Shown here piece after piece: positions 48,935 through 60,350 of a stretch of 64,000 nucleotides of DNA. The stretch spans positions 4,352,001 to 4,416,000 of the forward strand of contig OZ242320.1 of NCBI GenBank assembly GCA_965208125.1, read 5' to 3'. Numbering within the stretch: the first letter of the stretch is position 1; each line of letters begins with the position of its first letter. Origin of the DNA: Candidatus Latescibacterota bacterium (GTDB lineage: Bacteria; Latescibacterota; UBA2968). The notes under the pieces were generated by a model, which saw only the letters and a program-made list of their open reading frames with translations, did no database searches and had not been told where the DNA came from. Position numbers and translations under genes: made by a program.

Positions 48935-50002
48935 ATGGACAAAAAGCGAATTTTGACAGGTGATCGGCCCACGGGGCGTTTGCATCTCGGGCACTATGTC
49001 GGGTCTTTGAAAAACCGCGTGGCCTTGCAAGATGATTACGAGAGCTATTTTTTAGTGGCCGACCTGCACATGTTGACTACACAGCCTCAAAAAGAACACA
49101 TCGATGCATTGCGTGAAAATATCTATGAGATGGTATTGGATTATTTGGCCGTGGGTATAGATCCTCAAAAATCGACCATCTATTTGCAATCGGCTATTCA
49201 CGCTGTGTACGAGATGAATCTGTTTTTTGAGATGCTCGTGACTTTGCCCCGCGTGGCGCGGTTACCCAGTGTGAAAGATATGGCACGCGCGGCGAATATG
49301 ACCGAAGAGGCAATTCCATTTGGCCTGATCGGGTATCCCGTGCTTCAAAGTGCCGATATTTTGATGCCGCGCGCGCATGTTGTGCCCGTGGGGAAAGACA
49401 ATGAGGCGCACGTTGAAGTGACGCGGGAAATTGCGCGTCGGTTCAACGCGTATTACGGCGATGTATTTCCCATTCCCGAACTCCTCATGGGCGATGTGCC
49501 TACTCTGGTGGGAACCGATGGGCAGGCCAAGATGAGCAAAAGTCTCGACAATGCAATTTTTTTGTCTGATGATGAAAAGACAGTAGAAAAAAAAGTGCGC
49601 GGTATGTACACGGATCCCAATCGCGTTCGCGCAGATATTCCGGGGACGGTTGAAGGCAATCCCGTATTTATGTATCACGATGCGTTTAATCCCAATGTCG
49701 CTGAGGTTGAAGATCTCAAAACCCGCTATCGCCAGGGCCGCGTGGGCGATGTTGAAGTGAAAGATAAATTGGCACGCGCTCTCAATGTGTTTCTCGCCCC
49801 TATCCGCCAGCGCAGAGCATATTTTGCGGCGCAGTCGGGTTATGTCGAGCAAGTGATTTACGAAGGTACGCTCAAAACGCAAGTACTCGCACACGAAACT
49901 CTCGTGGCTATGAAAAAGGCGATGGGTTTTACTGGCGTATGGAATCGGATTTCTCGCAAAGCGCGAGATAGAATGAAAAAACAAGAGAAGGAGGCGCGAT
50001 GA
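48935..50002 (+). CDS. trpS: Tryptophan--tRNA ligase
   Basis: [25 protein letters not shown]. Confidence 0.97.
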   Translation: MDKKRILTGDRPTGRLHLGHYVGSLKNRVALQDDYESYFLVADLHMLTTQPQKEHIDALRENIYEMVLDYLAVGIDPQKSTIYLQSAIHAVYEMNLFFEMLVTLPRVARLPSVKDMARAANMTEEAIPFGLIGYPVLQSADILMPRAHVVPVGKDNEAHVEVTREIARRFNAYYGDVFPIPELLMGDVPTLVGTDGQAKMSKSLDNAIFLSDDEKTVEKKVRGMYTDPNRVRADIPGTVEGNPVFMYHDAFNPNVAEVEDLKTRYRQGRVGDVEVKDKLARALNVFLAPIRQRRAYFAAQSGYVEQVIYEGTLKTQVLAHETLVAMKKAMGFTGVWNRISRKARDRMKKQEKEAR

Positions 50003-50802
50003 TTGCATCCAATTTGACAGCTCGATTCGATCCGGATGCCGCGCCTTATGGCGTGAAGCTCGATTTGTTTGAAGGTCCGCTGGATCTGTTGCTCTTTCTC
50101 ATTCAAAAAAACGAGATTGATATCTACGATATTCCCATCGCCAATATTACGCGGCAATTTTTAGAATACGTCGAGATCATCCAGCGGTTAAACTTAGAGG
50201 TTGCCGGCGATTTTGTCGTGATGGCCGCCACATTGATGCGTATCAAATCGCGCATGTTGTTGCCCTCTGATCCAGAGGCTGAAGAGGAAGAAGGAGATCC
50301 GCGTGAGGAATTGGTGCGCCGCTTGTTGGAATACCAGCAATTCAGAGAAGTAGCCTCGTGGATGGATGAGCAGCAGACGGAGTACCGCGATGTTTTTTAT
50401 CGGGGGGCTTCGATGGATTTGGAAGATATTCGAAAGCAACACGCAGATGAAGTCGGGGAATTTCGTCCCGTGAGTCTGTTCGAATTGCTTCGCGCCTTTA
50501 AGCAAGCGATGGATGCGGCACCAAAAGTCGATTTTCACGAGGTGACGCGGGTTGATGTGACCACAGAGGAGCGCGCCGAATACGTGCTCGATGTACTTGA
50601 ACGACGACATCAGATTCCATTTAGTGAACTGATTGCCAGTGCATATCGCATTGTGGTGGTAGTGACATTTATCGCTTTGCTGGAATTGATGAAAGAGGGA
50701 AAAGTCCGCGTTCAACAGGCTGATATCGATGGAGAACTCTGGGTTTATCGCCGCGATGCTTTAGACACGGCGTCTTTCGAGGAGGGCACAACCGATGTCT
50801 GA
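49999..50802 (+). CDS. scpA: Segregation and condensation protein A
   Basis: [24 protein letters not shown]. Confidence 0.95.
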   Translation: MIASNLTARFDPDAAPYGVKLDLFEGPLDLLLFLIQKNEIDIYDIPIANITRQFLEYVEIIQRLNLEVAGDFVVMAATLMRIKSRMLLPSDPEAEEEEGDPREELVRRLLEYQQFREVASWMDEQQTEYRDVFYRGASMDLEDIRKQHADEVGEFRPVSLFELLRAFKQAMDAAPKVDFHEVTRVDVTTEERAEYVLDVLERRHQIPFSELIASAYRIVVVVTFIALLELMKEGKVRVQQADIDGELWVYRRDALDTASFEEGTTDV

Positions 50803-51541
50803 AAGAGATGACGCACGCGTCGCCATTCTGGCTACCGATGAAGATGCACGCAACAAAGGCGTAGTTGAAGCGTTGTTGATTGCAGCCGATGATCCTCTGG
50901 GAGCATCGCGCCTGTCATCGGTTTTGGGACAGCAGACTGGCGCAAAAGAAATTCGCGCTTATGTCAATGATCTCAATGAAGAATACGCACAGACGGGTCG
51001 CAGTTTCAGGGTTGTCGAAGTCGCAGGGGGCTTTCAGTTGGCTGTACACAGCGAATTTGCGCCCTGGATTCGGCAACTGATGCGCGAGAAAGTCGCACCC
51101 CGGCTTTCTCAAGCTTCTCTGGAAACCCTCGCTATTCTGGCTTTTAAGCAGCCGATTACCAAAGCCGAAGTCGAGCATATTCGCGGCGTGTCTGTCGATG
51201 GCGTTTTGCGACAGTTAATGGAAAAGGGACTGATCCGTATTTCCGGGCGGTCAGACGCACCTGGACGGCCCCTGTTATACGGAACGACACGCGATTTTTT
51301 AAAGCATTTTGGTCTCAAAACCCTGTCTGATTTGCCCAGGATTCGCGAGTTGGAAGAATTGCTTCGAGAAGAGGAGCAACGAGTGGCCGAAGGCAAGGAC
51401 AGCCCGTTATCGGGTGTGATCAATACCGATGGGAATAGCGAACGGGATACCCATGACAGAGCGCCTGAACCGGTTTCTGGCCCGCGCGGGAGTGGCTTCG
51501 CGGCGAGCGAGCGAGCGGTTGATTCAAACGGGCAGCGTTAA
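50795..51541 (+). CDS. scpB: Segregation and condensation protein B
   Basis: LETLAI.A.KQP.T, IRGV, GRP.LY.TT. Confidence 0.95.
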   Translation: MSERDDARVAILATDEDARNKGVVEALLIAADDPLGASRLSSVLGQQTGAKEIRAYVNDLNEEYAQTGRSFRVVEVAGGFQLAVHSEFAPWIRQLMREKVAPRLSQASLETLAILAFKQPITKAEVEHIRGVSVDGVLRQLMEKGLIRISGRSDAPGRPLLYGTTRDFLKHFGLKTLSDLPRIRELEELLREEEQRVAEGKDSPLSGVINTDGNSERDTHDRAPEPVSGPRGSGFAASERAVDSNGQR

Positions 51542-52184
51542 AATAAATGGCGCTGTTGTGACACATCCGGGCACGCGAATCAACCCGCGTAGCGATCAGG
51601 TATGTGTCAATGGTCGGGCGATCCAATCGGTTGATAAACAAACTTATATTTTATTGCACAAACCCCCGGGATATCTGGTATCGGCGCGCGACCCGCATCA
51701 TGCCCAAACAATTTACAAATTGTTGCGCGGCATCGATGCTCGGGTTTTTCCCGTCGGACGGCTCGATCTGGATACGCAAGGGGTTTTGTTGTTGATGGAC
51801 GATGGCGATCTGGCATTTCGATTGACCCATCCGCGATATGGGGTCAAGAAAGTCTATTGCGCCTGGGTGCGCGGGCATCCTGGCGAGGCGGTATTGAGAA
51901 CACTGCGAGAGGGAATAAAGCTCAATGATGGTATTTCTGCTCCTGCACATATTCGGGTTATGCGCGCAAGAGGTGGAGATACAGAATTGGAATTGGTGCT
52001 TCACGAGGGGCGCAAAAGACAGGTGAAGCGGATGTGCGAGGCGGCAGGACATGGGGTGCAATCTTTAATACGCACGCACTTTGCTGGTCTTACAACGCGT
52101 CACCTCGAGCCAGGTCAATGGCGGCATCTGACCCAAGCAGAAGTAAAGAGGCTCCGAGAACTGGTCGGGCTGAATCATGAATGA
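51453..52184 (+). CDS. rluB: rRNA pseudouridine synthase (RluB/RsuA family)
   Basis: GVASRR S4 domain, VGRLD, EGRKRQVKRM. Confidence 0.88.
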   Translation: MTERLNRFLARAGVASRRASERLIQTGSVKINGAVVTHPGTRINPRSDQVCVNGRAIQSVDKQTYILLHKPPGYLVSARDPHHAQTIYKLLRGIDARVFPVGRLDLDTQGVLLLMDDGDLAFRLTHPRYGVKKVYCAWVRGHPGEAVLRTLREGIKLNDGISAPAHIRVMRARGGDTELELVLHEGRKRQVKRMCEAAGHGVQSLIRTHFAGLTTRHLEPGQWRHLTQAEVKRLRELVGLNHE

Positions 52185-52875
52185 GCGATTTATGCGCGAA
52201 AATGGCATTGTTATTGCGATTGATGGCCCGGCAGGTGCCGGCAAGAGTACAACTGCACGGCTCGTAGCAGAGCAAATGGGGTACCTCTATCTGGATACCG
52301 GAGCCATGTATCGCGCCGTGGGCCTGGCAGCTTTGCAACAGGGCGTTGACCCCGATGATGCCGATGGCGTAACTGCATTGTGTAGCGCGCTCCATCTCGC
52401 ATTTCAAATGCGAGATGGGCAGTTGCAAACCCTGCTTAATGGGAAAAATATATCCGATGCGATTCGCACATCTGAAATATCTCAGGCTGCGTCTCGCGTA
52501 GCTGTCCATCCAGGGGTGCGTGATGTGCTCGTTGCATTACAGCGGGTCATGGGACGGGATGGGGGTATTGTTTTAGAAGGTCGAGATACTGGTACTGCTA
52601 TTTTTCCAGATGCGGAATTGAAAATTTTTCTCGTTGCCGATCCCGCCGAACGCGCGCGACGACGACTCAGAGATTTAAAAAAAAGGGGTGAATCTGCCGT
52701 GTTTGAGTCGCTGTTGGACGAAATTCGCATTCGGGATATTCGCGACCGTCAAACGCAGTTGCAACGCGGCGCGTGGCCCGCATCTGATGCCGTGTGTATA
52801 GATACCACAGAATTGTCAATCGCAGAACAAGTGGGTCGGATTGTTGCACTTGCCCAACGGCAAAACAGGGCGTGA
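52177..52875 (+). CDS. cmk: Cytidylate kinase
   Basis: IDGPAGAGKST, DTGAMYR, EGRD. Confidence 0.96.
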   Translation: MNERFMRENGIVIAIDGPAGAGKSTTARLVAEQMGYLYLDTGAMYRAVGLAALQQGVDPDDADGVTALCSALHLAFQMRDGQLQTLLNGKNISDAIRTSEISQAASRVAVHPGVRDVLVALQRVMGRDGGIVLEGRDTGTAIFPDAELKIFLVADPAERARRRLRDLKKRGESAVFESLLDEIRIRDIRDRQTQLQRGAWPASDAVCIDTTELSIAEQVGRIVALAQRQNRA

Positions 52876-52895
52876 ATGGTAAATGGATGGTATCG

Positions 52896-53540
52896 ATGAC
52901 ATTTTATCGCTTTTGCTGGTGGCTGGCCTACGGGCTGGCCGTTTTACTATTTCGGTTACGGGTCGAAGGGCGGCGTCACATACCCCAGTCGGGTGCTTTG
53001 ATTTTAGCTGCTAACCACTGTTCTTACGTCGATCCCGTTATTATTGGAGTTGCGGCAGGACGCGAACTTTGGTATCTTGCTAAGGCTGAACTCTTTCCTA
53101 TTCCGTTGTTGGGAAAGTTGATCCACAGGTTACACGCGATGCCCGTTGATAGAAGCCGAGGAGACCGCAGCGCATTTTTGGCCTGGACAAAGACTTTGCA
53201 GGCAGGCAATCCCGTGCTCATTTTTCCAGAAGGCACGCGCAATAAGCGCCCCGGTTTCCTGCGTCCCCGATCAGGGGTGGGCATGCTGGTTTATCGCACT
53301 CGAGCACCTGTGGTACCCGTATATATTTCGGGCACGGTCAATATCTGGAAGACGATGATTGGGCTGGATCGGTTGCAGGTGCGGTTTGGCGAGCCCATTT
53401 TTCGCTCCCCAGAACAATTGCCCGACAGGCGTCGCGACGCCTACAATTTTATCACTCATGAGGTGATGCGTCATCTCGCGGTTCTCAAGCGGATGCGGCG
53501 GAAAGCCGGCACGGTTGCACCCGCTTCCCGCAATGGTTAA
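52896..53540 (+). CDS. plsC: 1-acyl-sn-glycerol-3-phosphate acyltransferase
   Basis: NHCSYVD, FPEGTR. Confidence 0.9.
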   Translation: MTFYRFCWWLAYGLAVLLFRLRVEGRRHIPQSGALILAANHCSYVDPVIIGVAAGRELWYLAKAELFPIPLLGKLIHRLHAMPVDRSRGDRSAFLAWTKTLQAGNPVLIFPEGTRNKRPGFLRPRSGVGMLVYRTRAPVVPVYISGTVNIWKTMIGLDRLQVRFGEPIFRSPEQLPDRRRDAYNFITHEVMRHLAVLKRMRRKAGTVAPASRNG

Positions 53541-53632
53541 CGATAAGGTGTCGGCACGGTTTGATCGACGTTGTTTGTCGTTCTTTTTTTATTTTTTTGC
53601 GCGATTTTTTAGCGTGAAAGGAATTATCTGGT

Positions 53633-55525
53633 ATGTCCGTTAATACCCTTCCCAAACCCACCCCTGAAGAAGCACTGGCCGCGCTGGATGAAAGCGAATA
53701 TAGCGAGGCAGAATTTAATGAAATGATGGAACTCTACGAAGAGACATTAGAGACCATTAAGCAGGGCGAGATTGTTATGGGCACTGTGAGGTCCATCCAT
53801 GATGGAATCGTAGTGGTAGATATTGGTTTCAAGTCTGAAGGCGCGATTCCCCTCTCTGAATTTGGCGACCCGCCAGCTATAGAGGAAGGCGATGAAATCG
53901 AGGTTTTTTTAGAGAGCATTGAGGATCAAGAAGGCCAGGTGGTGCTGTCCAAGACCAAAGCTGACTTTATGCGGGTGTGGGATCGCATTAAGGACGCGTA
54001 TGATAGTGATCAGATTGTCGAAGGTCGTTTGATGCGGCGAATCAAGGGTGGCATAGTGGTCGATCTTTTCGGCGTCGATGCTTTCTTGCCCGGCTCCCAA
54101 ATTGACATCAAACAGGTCAAAAATTTTGATCAATTTCTCGGTAATGTGTACCCGTTCCGGATCATAAAGCTCAACAAGAATCGCCGAAATATTGTCATTT
54201 CTCGCCGCGTCGTTCTCGAAGAAGAACGCTCCAGGCTGCGCAAACAGATTCTCGCCACGTTGGAAGTGGGGCAAGTACGTCAGGGGTCGGTCAAAAATAT
54301 AACCGATTTTGGTGCGTTTATCGATCTGGGCGGCTTAGACGGATTGTTGCATATTACAGATATTGCCTGGGGCCGCGTTGGACATCCATCAGAAGTCTTG
54401 TCCATTGGCGAAGAAGTAGAAGTCAAGGTGCTCAATTACGATGAGAAACGCGAGCGCATTTCGCTGGGCATGAAGCAATTACAAGATCACCCCTGGAAAG
54501 ATGTTGAGGAAAAATATCCGGTTGATAGCAAGGTGATAGGTAAGGTTGTCAGCATTACGGATTACGGAGCTTTTGTCGAGTTGGAACAGGGTGTCGAAGG
54601 ATTGGTCCACATTTCTGAAATGTCGTGGACTCAGCATATTCGCCATCCCTCCAAGCTGGTCTCAATTGGTGATGAAGTTGAGGTTATGGTCCTGCGCGTG
54701 GATCAGGAAGGTCAAAAAATTTCGTTGGGTCTCAAGCAGGTGCAGCCCGATCCCTGGGAAGATCTCGACCAGAAATATCCCTCAGGCACACCTCTTCGAG
54801 GCATTGTACGCAATTTGACCAATTTTGGAGCCTTTGTCGAAATCGAAGAGGGGATCGACGGGCTGGTGCATATTTCCGATATGTCCTGGACCAAGCGCAT
54901 TCGCCATCCGAGTGAGGTAATAAAAAAAGGCCAGGAATTGGATATTGTTGTGCTCAATATCGATAAAGAGCGGCGGCGCATCTCACTGGGGCACAAACAG
55001 ACTATTGAAAATCCCTGGGCAAAACTGGCCGTTACTTATGCTGTGGGTAATGCCGTAGAAGGTACTATTTCACGCATTCTCGAACGCGGGGTGGTCGTTG
55101 ACCTGGAAGGGCATGTAGAAGGATTTGTGCCGGTCTCGCAACTGGGTATTGACGACCTTCAACGTCCCGATGAATATTTCGAGGAAGGCGATGAGTTGCC
55201 GCTGAAAGTCGTGGAGTTTGACGAAGACCAAAAGAAAATTGTGTTGAGCGTGCGAGAGCGTTTGCGCGATGCCGATCAAGATGAAATCGACGCTTTTCTG
55301 GAGGCACATCCTCGACGGGAAAGCGCAGAAGATAAAGCAGAGAAAGAAGTGGCAGAAGCTGAGGCCGAGGTAGAGGTGGAAGCAGAGACAGAGGATAAAG
55401 TTGAAGATACTGTGGAAGAGGTAGAGGCTGAAACTGAAGTAGAAGATGCGGTGGAAGCAGAGGCTGAAGCAGAGGTGGTAGCAGAAGCGGAAGCAGCTAA
55501 ATCGCAGAGCAGCAAAGAGGAATAA
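53633..55525 (+). CDS. rpsA: 30S ribosomal protein S1
   Basis: Six S1 domains (FGAFV, DGLVHIS); acidic tail. Confidence 0.98.
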   Translation: MSVNTLPKPTPEEALAALDESEYSEAEFNEMMELYEETLETIKQGEIVMGTVRSIHDGIVVVDIGFKSEGAIPLSEFGDPPAIEEGDEIEVFLESIEDQEGQVVLSKTKADFMRVWDRIKDAYDSDQIVEGRLMRRIKGGIVVDLFGVDAFLPGSQIDIKQVKNFDQFLGNVYPFRIIKLNKNRRNIVISRRVVLEEERSRLRKQILATLEVGQVRQGSVKNITDFGAFIDLGGLDGLLHITDIAWGRVGHPSEVLSIGEEVEVKVLNYDEKRERISLGMKQLQDHPWKDVEEKYPVDSKVIGKVVSITDYGAFVELEQGVEGLVHISEMSWTQHIRHPSKLVSIGDEVEVMVLRVDQEGQKISLGLKQVQPDPWEDLDQKYPSGTPLRGIVRNLTNFGAFVEIEEGIDGLVHISDMSWTKRIRHPSEVIKKGQELDIVVLNIDKERRRISLGHKQTIENPWAKLAVTYAVGNAVEGTISRILERGVVVDLEGHVEGFVPVSQLGIDDLQRPDEYFEEGDELPLKVVEFDEDQKKIVLSVRERLRDADQDEIDAFLEAHPRRESAEDKAEKEVAEAEAEVEVEAETEDKVEDTVEEVEAETEVEDAVEAEAEAEVVAEAEAAKSQSSKEE

Positions 55526-55606
55526 GATTGCTCAGATTTATCAGGCGGTTGCAAAGCGTTGGGGCATATCGTCTCAACGCTTTGTTTTTTCAAATGACTG
55601 ATTTTT

Positions 55607-56950
55607 ATGCGAGATCAAAAGACGGTTGCGTTTTATACGCTTGGTTGTAAGCTCAATACCTATGACACACAGTGGTATGCCGAGCAGTTTGTGGCGCAGG
55701 GTTATCGCGAGGTGCCATTTGGCGAGTTCGCAGATGTTACTGTGGTCAATACCTGCACTGTGACTGGTCAAGGGGATGCGCAGTCGCGTAAGGCATTGCG
55801 CAAAGCGCATCGGATTTCGCCTGCGGGTACCGTGGTCGCGGTGGGGTGTTATGCACAAACCGATCCAGATGCCCTATCTGCAATGCCCGAAGTCGATCTG
55901 GTGGTCGGAACAGCGGAGCGGACGCAACTCCTGGATTTGGTAAATAATACCTGTTCTTTGGGGCGCACATTCGTGACGCGCAGTCGCACGGCTGATTTTC
56001 AGGATATGGATATTTACAATTTCGGCGAGCGCGCTCGGGCTTTTGTCAAAATTCAGGAAGGGTGCAACGAATTTTGCTCGTTTTGCATTATTCCGTTTGC
56101 GCGTGGGCGCAGTCGCAGTCGCACGCTTGAGAGTACCGTATTGCAGGTCGAGAAATTGGTAGCAGCGGGCTATCGAGAGGTGGTGCTGACGGGGGTGCAT
56201 ATTGGCGATTACGGCGTGGATTTGGAGGCGCGCGATTTGTTGCAGGTGCTGGAGGCTATTGAGGGGATCAACGGGTTGGAACGCTTCCGCGTGAGTTCAA
56301 TCGAAGCGACTTATGTGACCGATGCCATGATCGATTTTTTTGCGTCGAGCCAGAAGTTTTGCAGACATTTGCACATCCCATTGCAAAGCGGTGACAATGG
56401 CGTGTTGAAGGCAATGCGTCGTCCCTATACGCGGGATCAGTATATCGCGCTGGTTGAAAAACTCGCGGATCGGATTCCCGATGTGGGGATTGGTGGCGAT
56501 GTGATGGTGGGGTTCCCCGGTGAGTCGGATGAGGCATTTCAAAATACGCGCGATTTGATTGCCAATCACCCCATGACGTATTTGCACGTATTTCCGTATT
56601 CGCCTCGGGGGAAAACGCCTGCAGCGCGCATGACAAATCAGGTTGATCCCCAGGTGAAAAAGCAACGCGGCGCAATACTTCGCAGATTGGGGCAGCAAAA
56701 GGTAGCGGCATTTCAAGCGCGGTTTATTGGGCGCACGTTGCCCGTGCTTTTTGAAAACCGCCGCAATGGGCAGCTTTTACAGGGGTTGACCGATAATTAT
56801 ATCCGGGTGGTTGCGCCTGCTCCAGATGCCGCGTGCGAAGAGATTGTCGATGTGCGCTTGCAGCGGATTGATGACGATGTGGTCGTCGGAGAATTGGTGG
56901 GTTTCGAGGGGCATCACACGCGGGAATTATTACAGGTGCAAAGTGCATAA
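55607..56950 (+). CDS. mtaB: tRNA threonylcarbamoyladenosine methylthiotransferase
   Basis: TLGCKLN, NTCTVT, KIQEGCNEFCSFC, HVFPYS. Confidence 0.92.
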   Translation: MRDQKTVAFYTLGCKLNTYDTQWYAEQFVAQGYREVPFGEFADVTVVNTCTVTGQGDAQSRKALRKAHRISPAGTVVAVGCYAQTDPDALSAMPEVDLVVGTAERTQLLDLVNNTCSLGRTFVTRSRTADFQDMDIYNFGERARAFVKIQEGCNEFCSFCIIPFARGRSRSRTLESTVLQVEKLVAAGYREVVLTGVHIGDYGVDLEARDLLQVLEAIEGINGLERFRVSSIEATYVTDAMIDFFASSQKFCRHLHIPLQSGDNGVLKAMRRPYTRDQYIALVEKLADRIPDVGIGGDVMVGFPGESDEAFQNTRDLIANHPMTYLHVFPYSPRGKTPAARMTNQVDPQVKKQRGAILRRLGQQKVAAFQARFIGRTLPVLFENRRNGQLLQGLTDNYIRVVAPAPDAACEEIVDVRLQRIDDDVVVGELVGFEGHHTRELLQVQSA

Positions 56951-56967
56951 GGCGAGATCTGGACAGA

Positions 56968-57005
56968 ATAGGCCGATTCCGAAGGGAATTGGTCTTTTTT
57001 TTTTT
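56968..57005 (+). terminator. Intrinsic terminator after mtaB
   Basis: AGGCCGATTCC-GAAG-GGAATTGGTCT followed by a long T run. Confidence 0.7.
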
Positions 57006-57084
57006 GAAATTCTGAGTATATTCCCGAAGAGAGAGAATTTTTGCGTTTTTTACAGGCGATTTTACAAAATAAAGGAGTGAGATT

Positions 57085-57651
57085 ATGTCTTTTGACGCAG
57101 GTGCTTATGGCGGCGTTTTTGCAGAATTGATTTCCGAAAAGCGATTGAATCCACTGGATGGTGGCGAAGAGAACGCCGCGGCGAAAAGCGCGCTCGACGC
57201 GCTGACAGTGGGGTCTGCTTTTGCTGGCAAAACAGTGGTGGATAGAGATATGGCACAGGGCTGCATTTCTGGCATGTGGTTGTATCACAACTTTTTAGAT
57301 GCGTCTCATACCATCAGTCAGGGCATTCATACGGCGACTGGAAGTTATTGGCACGGCATCATGCACCGCCGCGAACCCGATTTTTCCAATTCAAAATACT
57401 GGTTTGGCAAAGTGGGCAACCACGCCATTTTTGACGATTTGTGCAAGGCTGCTGCTCGCGTTGCGGGTGGCGTTTCCGGCGCGCCAGACTTTTTGACGAC
57501 GCAAGCACATTGGGATGCGTTTGCTTATGTTGATTTGTGTGCCGGTGCACTCGAAGGGCGTTCTGCACACGACGCACTTTGCCGCGAGATTCAACTGTGC
57601 GAATGGGAGTTGTTATTTGATTATTCGTATCGAAAAGCGATTGGAGAATGA
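57085..57651 (+). CDS. Conserved hypothetical protein
   Basis: [29 protein letters not shown]. Confidence 0.8.
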   Translation: MSFDAGAYGGVFAELISEKRLNPLDGGEENAAAKSALDALTVGSAFAGKTVVDRDMAQGCISGMWLYHNFLDASHTISQGIHTATGSYWHGIMHRREPDFSNSKYWFGKVGNHAIFDDLCKAAARVAGGVSGAPDFLTTQAHWDAFAYVDLCAGALEGRSAHDALCREIQLCEWELLFDYSYRKAIGE

Positions 57652-57672
57652 GAAGTCTTTAGAGGATTGGGA

Positions 57673-60297
57673 ATGGCGACGCAATTGACACCGGCAATGG
57701 AACAGTACGCGCGTTTTAAGGAGCAGCATCCGGATGCGATTTTGCTGTTTCGGATGGGCGATTTTTACGAGACATTTTACGACGACGCCGTTGTTGCATC
57801 TCAGCTTTTGGGATTGACGTTGACATCGCGTAACAATGGGCGTGCAGACCGCATCCCGCTGGCAGGTGTGCCACATCACGCGCTGGATACCTATCTCGCA
57901 AGGCTTATCAAAGCCGGAAAAAAGGTGGCGATTTGCGAGCAGATGGAGCCGCCACAAAAGGGCAAGAAAGTGGTGCGCCGAGAGGTGGTGCAGGTCGTGT
58001 CGCCGGGAACGGTAATGTCCGATGATTTGCTCGATCAAAAGCGCAATAATTATCTCATAGGCATTTTTGTTTCTGGCGATCAATTGGGTATGGCAACAGC
58101 GGATCTATCAACGGGTATGTTCAGAGCATCGGAACGCGCGGCAGATGATTTGTGGGAGATATTGGAGCGCGTGGCTCCCGCAGAGGTGCTGGCGCCCGAG
58201 GCGTGGGTCAAAGACAACGAAGCCGAGTTTGAAGCGCGGATGCCGGGTGCATTGCTCACGCATATAGAAGATTGGCACTTTGGACAGCATTATGCGTACG
58301 ATGCACTGAAGGAGCATTTCAAGGTGGCGTCTCTCAAGGGCTTTGGGTGCGATGATCTCACCGTTGGGATATGCGCTGCGGGCGGGGTGCTGTGTTATTT
58401 GCGCGAAAATCAGAAGGGGGCCGTATCCCATATTACGCGATTGGCACGCGAACACACCGAATCGGTAATGGAACTGGATCTGGTGACACAGCGCAATCTG
58501 GAACTGGTTACAACTATTCAAGAGGGACGGCGCGAGGGTACGTTGTTTGGGGTTTTAGATCAGACGTGTACGCCGCAGGGCGCGCGAACACTGCGTACAT
58601 GGCTATCACAGCCGCTTGTAGATGTCGGTCGCATTGAAGCACGCTTAGATGCAGTGCAAGCATTTGTCGAATCTGCAGCGTATCGGGACGAGGCGCGAGA
58701 GGCCCTGCGCGGTGTTGGAGATCTGGAGCGATTGATGTCCCGAATCTGTTGCAATCGGGCCAATCCGCGTGAACTTGTGGCTCTCCAGCGATCTTTGGAA
58801 GCGGTTGTTCCTCTGCGAGAAGCCCTGCGAGAATTTCGCGCGGATTTGCTGGTGCGGGCGCGCGATCAGGGCATGCCGGACCTGACAGAGCTGATTGATT
58901 TGATCGCTCATACGCTTGAAGACGACCCACCTGCCCAGATTAGCGATGGCGGATATATCAGAACGGGCTATCACAAAGAGCTGGATGAATTGCGGGAAAT
59001 CGCATCGGGCGGGCGCGATTGGGTTGCCAACTTGCAGGCAGATGAACGCGAGAAAACGGGTATCGCGTCGTTGAAGGTGGGGTATAATAAGGCATTTGGA
59101 TATTATATTGAGGTCACCAAGGCCAATCAGGATAAGGTGCCCGCGTATTTTGTGCGCAAGCAAACGCTGGTCAATGCCGAGCGGTATATCACGCCGGAAT
59201 TGAAGGATTGGGAGGCGAAAATTTTGGGCGCAGATGAGCGGGCCAGGGACCTCGAGCGCGATTTGTTTGCCGCGTTGCGCGAAGAGGTGGCCGGTTGGGT
59301 AGAACCCGTGCAGCGCACAGCGCTATCCGTGGCTACAGTAGATGTGTTGAGCACGCTGGCCGAGGTGGCGTCGTCCAGTGATTATGTGCGTCCCCAGGTG
59401 GATGATAGCGTGCGTATTGATGTGAAAGAAGGCCGACATCCCGCGGTTGAGCAGTTGCTTCCGGGCGGTAATTTTGTGCCCAATGACCTGAAGATTGATG
59501 GTGAGACCGATCAAATTTTGCTGATTACTGGCCCGAATATGTCGGGTAAATCGACGGTTTTGCGCCAGACCGGGTTGATTGTGCTTTTGGCGCAGGTCGG
59601 CAGTTTTGTGCCTGCGCGCGAGGCGCGTATTGGGGTGGTGGATCGCATTTTTACACGGGTGGGTGCATCCGATAATCTGGCGCGGGGCGAGAGTACGTTT
59701 TTGGTGGAGATGAATGAGGCGGCGAATATTTTGAATAATGCGACGCCGAAGAGTCTTGTGCTTTTGGACGAGATCGGGCGCGGAACGAGTACGTTTGATG
59801 GGTTGAGTATTGCCTGGGCTATGACGGAGTATTTACACAATGCCGAACAGATTCAGCCGCGGACGTTGTTTGCGACGCATTATCACGAGTTGACAGAATT
59901 GGAGGATTTGCTGCCTCGGGTGGTGAATTACAGCGTTGCCGTGCGCGAGGCGGGCGATACCATCGCGTTTTTGCACAAGCTGGTGCCGGGCGGGTGCGAC
60001 CATAGCTACGGCATTGAAGTGGCGCGTCTGGCCGGGATGCCGGCAGAGATGATTGCGCGGGCAAAGGAGATTTTGAACCGGCTGGAGCAAAACGATCTGT
60101 CGGTGGGATCAAAGTCCCAACCCGATCGCGTGAAGGAGAATGGGCAGATGCCGCTGTTTGCTCCGGTAGCAGAAGTGAAGGTTGAGCGGGAAGATCATCC
60201 GATGTTGTCTGAGTTGCGCGATTTAGACATCGCACATCTCACACCTGTTGAAGCGCTGGTAAAATTAGATGCGTGGAAGCGGGCGTTGGAAGAATGA
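57673..60297 (+). CDS. mutS: DNA mismatch repair protein MutS
   Basis: FRMGDFYE, TGPNMSGKST, DEIGRGTST, SYGIEVA. Confidence 0.98.
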   Translation: MATQLTPAMEQYARFKEQHPDAILLFRMGDFYETFYDDAVVASQLLGLTLTSRNNGRADRIPLAGVPHHALDTYLARLIKAGKKVAICEQMEPPQKGKKVVRREVVQVVSPGTVMSDDLLDQKRNNYLIGIFVSGDQLGMATADLSTGMFRASERAADDLWEILERVAPAEVLAPEAWVKDNEAEFEARMPGALLTHIEDWHFGQHYAYDALKEHFKVASLKGFGCDDLTVGICAAGGVLCYLRENQKGAVSHITRLAREHTESVMELDLVTQRNLELVTTIQEGRREGTLFGVLDQTCTPQGARTLRTWLSQPLVDVGRIEARLDAVQAFVESAAYRDEAREALRGVGDLERLMSRICCNRANPRELVALQRSLEAVVPLREALREFRADLLVRARDQGMPDLTELIDLIAHTLEDDPPAQISDGGYIRTGYHKELDELREIASGGRDWVANLQADEREKTGIASLKVGYNKAFGYYIEVTKANQDKVPAYFVRKQTLVNAERYITPELKDWEAKILGADERARDLERDLFAALREEVAGWVEPVQRTALSVATVDVLSTLAEVASSSDYVRPQVDDSVRIDVKEGRHPAVEQLLPGGNFVPNDLKIDGETDQILLITGPNMSGKSTVLRQTGLIVLLAQVGSFVPAREARIGVVDRIFTRVGASDNLARGESTFLVEMNEAANILNNATPKSLVLLDEIGRGTSTFDGLSIAWAMTEYLHNAEQIQPRTLFATHYHELTELEDLLPRVVNYSVAVREAGDTIAFLHKLVPGGCDHSYGIEVARLAGMPAEMIARAKEILNRLEQNDLSVGSKSQPDRVKENGQMPLFAPVAEVKVEREDHPMLSELRDLDIAHLTPVEALVKLDAWKRALEE

Positions 60298-60305
60298 GTT
60301 AGAGA

Positions 60306-60344
60306 TAAACAAAAAAAGCCGATATATCTCGGCTTTTTTTGTTT
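60306..60344. terminator. Bidirectional intrinsic terminator
   Basis: AAACAAAAAAAGCCGA...TCGGCTTTTTTTGTTT between convergent genes. Confidence 0.8.
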
Positions 60345-60350
60345 AGGTGA

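Noticed and set aside
55320-55525. E/A/V-rich repeats at the end of rpsA
   Set aside because: Ordinary low-complexity acidic S1 tail
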